From a virus, in the IMG/VR virus record IMGVR_UViG_3300025534_000001: a stretch of DNA of 53,466 nucleotides. One strand, written 5' to 3'. Positions within the stretch are counted from its first letter, which is position 1; each line of letters starts with the position of its first letter. Below the pieces are notes generated by a model. That model saw only the letters and a list, made by a program, of their open reading frames with translations. It made no database searches and had not been told where the DNA came from. Positions 49,030-53,466 of this stretch are shown in pieces. A program made the translations under genes and the position numbers.

Positions 49030-49642
49030 CTTCGTCCTCCTCTTCTTCCGAAGTTTCTTTTTCGCCTGCGGGGACTTCGCGTTCTTCGAGCATGTCGGCT
49101 TCGGCTTGCGGGTCCGTGATTTGCTTGAGTTGCATCAGCAGCCCGAGCTCTTGGTCGTGCTTGTCAGGACCGAGGTGTTCGAAGTGCGCAATCAGAAGGT
49201 CGATTATGATGTGCGGGTTCACCAGTACGAGTTCGCCGTTTTTAAGTTTCTCGGCCAGCGATTCCCATTTCATAGGGATGGCGTGCCAAATGCCCTTACC
49301 GTGTGAGGTTTCACCCCAAGCCAGGTAATCCGAGATCTTGTTGACCTGAGTGATTACCACACCTTTGCGAGCGTTGTGCATGAGTAGTGCGCCTTTCTTA
49401 ACGCCAGTCGTACGTTGGACCACTTGCGCACGGGTTGTGCCTTTACCTTCAGCTTTACGCTGATCTTTCTCAGCCCGCCAGGCATCCATTTCAGACACAC
49501 TGATCATGCGCTTACCGTTCACTTCATGGTACGGGGCGCCTTGCTTGCGACACCAACCATTCACGACTTGCACGGCTCCGAGGTTGCGCATTTCGGTGTA
49601 TTGGGCTACGGTAACCAGGTCATCCGGTAATTTGGTTGACAT
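49007..49642 (-). CDS. Protein with an N-terminal excisionase/MerR-like HTH and an acidic C-terminal tail
   Basis: LVTVAQYTEMRNLGAVQVVNGWCRK...ISVSEMDAWR. RBS aaggagg. Confidence 0.6.
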   Translation of the reverse strand: MSTKLPDDLVTVAQYTEMRNLGAVQVVNGWCRKQGAPYHEVNGKRMISVSEMDAWRAEKDQRKAEGKGTTRAQVVQRTTGVKKGALLMHNARKGVVITQVNKISDYLAWGETSHGKGIWHAIPMKWESLAEKLKNGELVLVNPHIIIDLLIAHFEHLGPDKHDQELGLLMQLKQITDPQAEADMLEEREVPAGEKETSEEEEDEDGAIETA

Positions 49643-49686
49643 GCGGTCTTCCTCCTTATGGGGTTGTCAATGTACTTTCTACTTTA

Positions 49687-49715
49687 ATTATAACCCAGCT
49701 GGAAGCAAATGGCAA
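49687..49715 (-). promoter_or_regulatory. SigA promoter (TTGCCA-17-TGGGTTATAAT)
   Basis: Minus strand reads ttgccatttgcttccagctgggtTATAAT. Confidence 0.7.
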
Positions 49716-49730
49716 CCCGAAGATGGAAAC

Positions 49731-50183
49731 TCAGCGCATTTTCTTGGCGATCTGATATACTGTCTGATAACGGATTCCGAGTTGCTTGGCTACTTCTTTG
49801 ACCGGATGTCCTTCGGCAAGCAGCGCGCGTATAGCCTGCGTAGAATTGCTTCTAACGCGCGTTTGGGTTTCCGGCAATACATTTCCATTGGCTGATTCTT
49901 CTTGCGCGTTAGAAGCGCGATTTTGCGCGTTATACGCTGCCAGAAGGGATGTTTCTTCTTCAGTCAATCGAGAAAGCGAATCTTGGTGAACGCGGTCAAG
50001 CAGTTCTTCGCTGAGAATAATGCGGCGATGGCTGTAGGTAAACAAGTTGCGATGAACTCGGCGCAGCGTTCCTGGGTTAAGTTTAAGCGGACCGGGATGA
50101 CGGATGATGTCGACGAGTTCTTGATGAATTTCCTCGAGCATATCGGCAGCTAATTCCTCGTATTTTTCGATGTATTGGTGCAT
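49731..50183 (-). CDS. HTH protein, family member 5 (C-terminal QAIRALLAEGHPVKEVAKQLGIRYQTVYQIAKKM)
   Basis: Shares its C-terminal motif with 932, 1387, 51185 and 51883. Confidence 0.75.
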   Translation of the reverse strand: MHQYIEKYEELAADMLEEIHQELVDIIRHPGPLKLNPGTLRRVHRNLFTYSHRRIILSEELLDRVHQDSLSRLTEEETSLLAAYNAQNRASNAQEESANGNVLPETQTRVRSNSTQAIRALLAEGHPVKEVAKQLGIRYQTVYQIAKKMR

Positions 50184-50218
50184 TTGATTTCCTCCTTTAG
50201 TGGATTAAAAGATTAAAA

Positions 50219-50238
50219 GAGGTGCCAGTTGGCACCTC
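50219..50238 (-). terminator. Intrinsic terminator after 50237..50518
   Basis: Stem gaggtgcca/tggcacctc followed by ttttaatcttttaat on the minus strand. Confidence 0.8.
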
Positions 50239-50518
50239 ATTTCAGTTCGTCCAGTATCAGCCTCGCTTTGAACAGTTCATATAGTTGTTCGAGGTGGCTT
50301 CGCAAATCAGTCTGTTCTGCTTCGCTGATTTCCTTATACAATTGGTCGTAAAGCTCCTGCACGACTTGTTGTACGTATTGGATGTCTTTGCGAGTGGGTG
50401 TTTCTGATTTGAAGGCTTCGAATAGGTGCTTGGTTTCTCTGGCTACTGTCATTTCTCCAAAATGCATTGCTTCTCGGTAAGACTCTTGCAGAAATTGCAG
50501 GGTGTGTTTGTATTTCAT
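50237..50518 (-). CDS. Hypothetical 93-aa helical protein
   Basis: ORF. The SD is separated from the ATG by the hairpin at 50530-50553. Confidence 0.65.
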   Translation of the reverse strand: MKYKHTLQFLQESYREAMHFGEMTVARETKHLFEAFKSETPTRKDIQYVQQVVQELYDQLYKEISEAEQTDLRSHLEQLYELFKARLILDELK

Positions 50519-50529
50519 TTTGTTGTTGT

Positions 50530-50553
50530 GGGGAAGTCGTCGTCGACTTCCCC
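50530..50553 (-). promoter_or_regulatory. 10-bp stem-loop between the Shine-Dalgarno sequence and the start codon of 50237..50518
   Basis: Stem ggggaagtcg/cgacttcccc with a 4-nt loop. AAGGAGG is at 50557-50563 and the ATG at 50516-50518. Confidence 0.6.
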
Positions 50554-50563
50554 TTGCCTCCTT

Positions 50564-50803
50564 TCACTCTTCCTCAAACCAACCAGCGTCTTTTGCTTCT
50601 TTCTCGGAAACCTGTTCGAATTCAATGCGCCCGTAATTAACTGAGTCGCGCCACACTTGAGCTGCATCCATGTTGAGCACTGCGTCTTGGATTTTGTCGT
50701 GGATTTGTTCTTTGAGGCTGTTTTGGATTGCTTGCTCAACGGGGATGCGTACATACACCGGCTCGGGCGTTACTTTGTAATATACGTACTTACCTGCGCT
50801 CAT
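50564..50803 (-). CDS. Hypothetical 79-aa protein
   Basis: ATG with RBS aaggaggtg. Confidence 0.7.
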   Translation of the reverse strand: MSAGKYVYYKVTPEPVYVRIPVEQAIQNSLKEQIHDKIQDAVLNMDAAQVWRDSVNYGRIEFEQVSEKEAKDAGWFEEE

Positions 50804-50826
50804 CTTATCACCTCCTTTCTATTTAT

Positions 50827-50855
50827 ATTATAACCCAGAGTACCGCATAAGGCAA
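50827..50855 (-). promoter_or_regulatory. SigA promoter (TTGCCT-17-TGGGTTATAAT)
   Basis: Minus strand reads ttgccttatgcggtactctgggtTATAAT. Confidence 0.7.
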
Positions 50856-50878
50856 CCCCCTGGACCAAACTTACAGGG

Positions 50879-51136
50879 TTACCCGTTTCCCCGCTGAAAG
50901 GACGCCCGTCTTTGGGCTTTATCGTAGGCGATCTTGTTTTTAAGGGCTTCGAGCATAAAATCGAATTCGTAGTCGACCGCCTCCTCCTCATTGCCTTGTA
51001 TGTCATCGATGAAGCGATCGATGTAATAATCATCGACCACAATTACAATCTCCAGCATTCCATTAAGGTATTTGCGAAAATATACCGAGCAATCATGCTC
51101 GGAAAACGCTTGCTTGACCAGATTCAAATACTTCAA
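50879..51136 (-). CDS. Hypothetical 85-aa acidic protein
   Basis: TTG start 7 nt after GGAGGG. Confidence 0.6.
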   Translation of the reverse strand: MKYLNLVKQAFSEHDCSVYFRKYLNGMLEIVIVVDDYYIDRFIDDIQGNEEEAVDYEFDFMLEALKNKIAYDKAQRRASFQRGNG

Positions 51137-51184
51137 TTCGATTCCCTCCTTTACAATATGGCGCGGAAAACGTTGAAGAACCCC

Positions 51185-51727
51185 TTATTTGGGGTTCTTC
51201 TTGTTTTTCATTTGCTTTTCGACTTGGAAGACTTGTTGGTACCGGACCTCGAGCGCTTTTGCGATGGCTGCGCGTTCGAAGCCCGCTTGCAGTGCGGCGC
51301 GAATTTTCGCTGCCTTGGATGCATCTGCTTCAACATTTTCTTCGAGGAACTCGAGCACTTTCACTGCAGCCATTGCTTTCTCCGTGCTGTTCGCCCGTTG
51401 TTTCTTGTTTTTGATGTCGTTGACTGCTTCCTCAGCTTGCCGATCGCTTTCGGCTTGCGCCTGCGCGGCTTCGCTTTGCTCGAGCTTTTCTTTGCCGGAC
51501 AGCTCGTCTTCTTCGAAAGCTTCTCCTTCGTCTTGTTGCGGGGAGGATTCGGTGCTCGATTCCTCGTTCATGCGTGCAGCCTCTGCTTCTTCGCGTTGAC
51601 GCAGGAAATCCACGATGGCGTTCTTTGCTTCTTTCGGCTTCACTTCCAGGCCGAGTTCTCTCGCAATTCGCTGCAGTTCCTTTTGATCCCGGATGTGTAC
51701 CACTTGATCGCTGGTCAGTTTTTCCAC
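51185..51727 (-). CDS. HeH plus HTH protein, family member 3, with an acidic linker
   Basis: N-terminus KELQRIARELGLEV, C-terminus AKIRAALQAGFERAAIAKALEVRYQQVFQVEKQ. The likely start is the GTG at 51727, 8 nt after GGAGG. The ORF track extends to 51790. Confidence 0.75.
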   Translation of the reverse strand: MEKLTSDQVVHIRDQKELQRIARELGLEVKPKEAKNAIVDFLRQREEAEAARMNEESSTESSPQQDEGEAFEEDELSGKEKLEQSEAAQAQAESDRQAEEAVNDIKNKKQRANSTEKAMAAVKVLEFLEENVEADASKAAKIRAALQAGFERAAIAKALEVRYQQVFQVEKQMKNKKNPK

Positions 51728-51821
51728 TTTCATTACCTCCATTAGGGTTCGTCTTTTCGTGGTGCCGCTCAGATTGGCATCCCATTTCAATTATGTATGG
51801 CACCTCCTTCCTTATGATTTA

Positions 51822-51850
51822 ATTATAACCCAGGCCAACAGAAAAGGCAA
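51822..51850 (-). promoter_or_regulatory. SigA promoter (TTGCCT-17-TGGGTTATAAT)
   Basis: Minus strand reads ttgccttttctgttggcctgggtTATAAT. Confidence 0.7.
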
Positions 51851-51882
51851 CCCGGAAATTGGATTGCCTTTTCGCGTTCGAT

Positions 51883-52278
51883 TCATTTGTCGCGCTGTTC
51901 GTCCATCATGCGCTGTTCCACCTGATATACTTGCTGATAGCGGACGTTCAACAGCTTGGCGATCTTTCCTTTCGGAATGCCTGCTTGCAGCAAAGTGCGG
52001 ATCTTGTCAGCTTTGATGTCTTCAGTGTTCAGCACAGCCGTGATTACCATATGTTGTTCCGGTGTGAGATCATCAGCGTCCACCGCTGCAGCTTGCGAAC
52101 GCGGAAGAATTTTGCTGTTTCCGTTGTTGTTCTGCGAAGCAATTGCGCCGCCGAACATGGCACGCTCAACCGCTTCGATAAGCTGTTCTTGATTCAGCCC
52201 CTCCATATCGATGTTGAGTTCCTCAGCCAGTGTGACCAAATCTTTAAGATTGGTCACGTTGAGTTTGATACCGGCCAT
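51883..52278 (-). CDS. HeH plus HTH protein, family member 4
   Basis: N-terminus LKDLVTLAEELNIDMEGLNQEQLIEAV, C-terminus DKIRTLLQAGIPKGKIAKLLNVRYQQVYQVEQ. Confidence 0.8.
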   Translation of the reverse strand: MAGIKLNVTNLKDLVTLAEELNIDMEGLNQEQLIEAVERAMFGGAIASQNNNGNSKILPRSQAAAVDADDLTPEQHMVITAVLNTEDIKADKIRTLLQAGIPKGKIAKLLNVRYQQVYQVEQRMMDEQRDK

Positions 52279-52337
52279 TCAAACGCACACCTTTCCTTTA
52301 AGATTTGGTGACTGATTGGTTACCACGTTCTGATTTG

Positions 52338-52374
52338 ATTATAAACGGGGTTGATCCAATTAGTCAACCCGTTT
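52338..52374 (-). promoter_or_regulatory. Composite terminator hairpin plus SigA promoter (TTGACT-18-TATAAT)
   Basis: Minus strand reads AAACGGGTTGActaattggaTCAACCCCGTTTATAATcaa. Confidence 0.7.
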
Positions 52375-52436
52375 GGTAAAACAAATTTTGTATACGGGCG
52401 AAAGGAGACCATCTTTCGATGATCTCCTTTCTTGGC

Positions 52437-52874
52437 TTACCTTCTGAGCTGATAGAAACCATGTTTGCCTGCTGGCATCAGGATATCGAGGCGTTTCAGA
52501 TACTCGTAAGCTGATGTTCGGCGTGACCATATGTAGCCGAAGCGTTCGAGTTGGTCAATGATCTCGCCGATTTGGATTGGCCTGCCCGCCGATAACATGA
52601 TGTTTTTGACGATGTCCTCGATGTTGAGGCGGTCGTGCTGAGCTCTTCGAGTGGTGGTGGTTGTTTGAGTGACCGTAGTGACGGTTTCAATTCGGCCTTG
52701 GTCATCATAAGATTCGTGGATGCTGTACTCGATTTCGATCTCAGTCAGCCTGCGGTAAATCTCTTGCTTGCGAGCTTCCAACGCCTGGAGTTCCCTGCGC
52801 AGCTCTTGTGCCTCATCAATCAGCTCTGCCTGGCGCTTTTTGATGACTTGCTGTGCAGTTACGATCTCCGACAT
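52437..52874 (-). CDS. Coiled-coil protein with a C-terminal winged-helix (HARE-HTH-like) domain
   Basis: The N-terminal 60 aa form a heptad coiled coil. C-terminus IVKNIMLSAGRPIQIGEIIDQLERFGY...GKHGFYQL. Confidence 0.6.
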   Translation of the reverse strand: MSEIVTAQQVIKKRQAELIDEAQELRRELQALEARKQEIYRRLTEIEIEYSIHESYDDQGRIETVTTVTQTTTTTRRAQHDRLNIEDIVKNIMLSAGRPIQIGEIIDQLERFGYIWSRRTSAYEYLKRLDILMPAGKHGFYQLRR

Positions 52875-52900
52875 TCTTCTCTCACCTCCTTTCTGATTTA

Positions 52901-52929
52901 ATTATAACACAGGTCGACCTCGAAGGCAC
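52901..52929 (-). promoter_or_regulatory. SigA-type promoter (GTGCCT-17-TGTGTTATAAT) with a GGTCGAC/GTCGACC inverted repeat
   Basis: Minus strand reads ggtcgacgggcgtgccttcgaggtcgacctgtgtTATAAT. Confidence 0.6.
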
Positions 52930-52971
52930 GCCCGTCGACCAAATTTCCACGGCTAAACTGTTTAGTCTGCC

Positions 52972-53040
52972 CAGAATACGAGGAATTAGGCCCCTGCATT
53001 AAATAGAAGAAGGGTGCAACTCGTAAGAGTTGCACCCTTC
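52972..53040 (-). repeat. Partial third copy of the terminator-plus-flank repeat (matches 158-225)
   Basis: cagaatacgaggaattaggcccctgcattaaatagaagaagggtgcaactc matches caaaatacgaggaattaagcccccgcattaaatagaagaagggtgcaactc. Confidence 0.85.
53009..53040 (-). terminator. Intrinsic terminator after the DUF3846 gene
   Basis: Perfect 14-bp stem gaagggtgcaactc/gagttgcacccttc. Confidence 0.75.
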
Positions 53041-53046
53041 TTGCTG

Positions 53047-53400
53047 CTACCGGATTTTGATGCCCATCTTATTCAACGCAACTATCGCCGCGTCCGCTTG
53101 CTCCTCCGTCAATCCAATGCTTTCTCCTTCTTCGCAATGAGCGCAGACAAAAATGGTTCCACAAATCGCGTCGATGATCTCACCTTTCTTGTTGGAGATT
53201 TTCAGGTTCGGCTCCAATCCTTGAAGCTTTCCTTCTTCGTTGAGAAACATGTCCAGAACTTCGCCGTTGGGGAGATCGAGCGGGAAAAGCTCGATATACC
53301 CTCCGACGATCTTCTGCATCGTTTTCAGTTCCAAATCTTTGACGATCCTCTTTTCCGCCTCTTTCCCCGGCTCCTTGACGACAATCAACACGTTTTTCAT
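53047..53400 (-). CDS. DUF3846-domain protein
   Basis: MKNVLIVVKEPGKEAEKRIVKDLELKTMQKIVGGYIE... matches the DUF3846 N-terminal pattern. ATG at 53400 with RBS aaggagg. The ORF-track extension to the window edge was rejected. Confidence 0.7.
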   Translation of the reverse strand: MKNVLIVVKEPGKEAEKRIVKDLELKTMQKIVGGYIELFPLDLPNGEVLDMFLNEEGKLQGLEPNLKISNKKGEIIDAICGTIFVCAHCEEGESIGLTEEQADAAIVALNKMGIKIR

Positions 53401-53466
53401 TTGGTTTATCCTCCTTTCAATTATATTATAGCATAGGCAGCCCTCTAAGGCACGGCGAGTGACCAA
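53340..53466. repeat. Second copy of the 127-nt terminal overlap
   Basis: Identical to 1-127. Confidence 0.95.

Noticed and set aside
51727-51742. The recurring string ATGGAGGTAATGAAA(A/G)TG (41259-41276, 51725-51742; a similar GGAGGTAATGGTTATG at 46865-46880) as a conserved peptide start
   Set aside because: The first ATG codons are part of, or too close to, the GGAGG Shine-Dalgarno sequence. The shared string is best explained as SD plus spacer, with initiation at the downstream ATG or GTG.

Overview
The window is a complete, closed genome of about 53.3 kb from a tailed dsDNA phage. Positions 1-127 are identical to 53340-53466, so the ends overlap. Every credible gene is on the minus strand, so transcription runs from high to low coordinates. 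The long plus-strand ORFs are antisense shadows.

Modules in transcription order:
- **Early region (1677 down to 230, wrapping to 53400 down to 48763):** about 17 small genes, each with its own SigA-type promoter (TTGCCT/TTGACA, 17 nt, TGnTATAAT).
- **Pre-packaging genes (48403-46947):** a membrane-anchored 3D-domain protein, an IDEAL-domain protein and small membrane proteins.
- **Packaging and head (46873-36270):** TerS, TerL, portal, Mu-F/gp7-like protein, XkdF-type protease/scaffold and capsid. A 2.2-kb accessory island at 40158-42329 interrupts this module.
- **Contractile tail (35803-24930):** a PBSX-like set XkdK/M/N/O/P/Q/R/S/T/U plus a repeat-containing fibre.
- **Lysis (24638-23245):** XhlA-like protein, amidase with an SLH domain, and holin.
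- **Replication and recombination (22562-1865):** RuvC-like resolvase, SNF2 helicase, Cas4-like exonuclease, AAA_24/Sak4-like ATPase, DUF669 protein, Toprim-MCM-like primase-helicase, UDG-like-PolA fusion and RNase H.
- **7-deazaguanine cluster inside the replication operon (5460-11167):** folE-queD-queE-queC plus a TGT-fold DpdA-like gene, two MazG-like genes, a P-loop kinase and four orphan ORFs.

The SLH endolysin, AGGAGG ribosome-binding sites and PBSX-type tail point to a Gram-positive, S-layer-bearing Bacillales host of about 50% GC. This host assignment is inference. No integrase, repressor, tRNA or CRISPR array was seen.

The most unusual signals:
- A strand-biased 9-mer, CRCCTGCGG, with 18 copies on the plus strand against 4 in reverse orientation.
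- The deazaguanine module, which is translationally coupled to nucleotide-pool enzymes and the polymerase.
- A five-member HeH+HTH paralogue family.
- Covarying hairpins that act as both terminator and promoter.
- Three AT-rich islands sharing a bipartite motif.

All coordinates and counts come from hand reading. Family assignments rest on motif recognition, not database searches.
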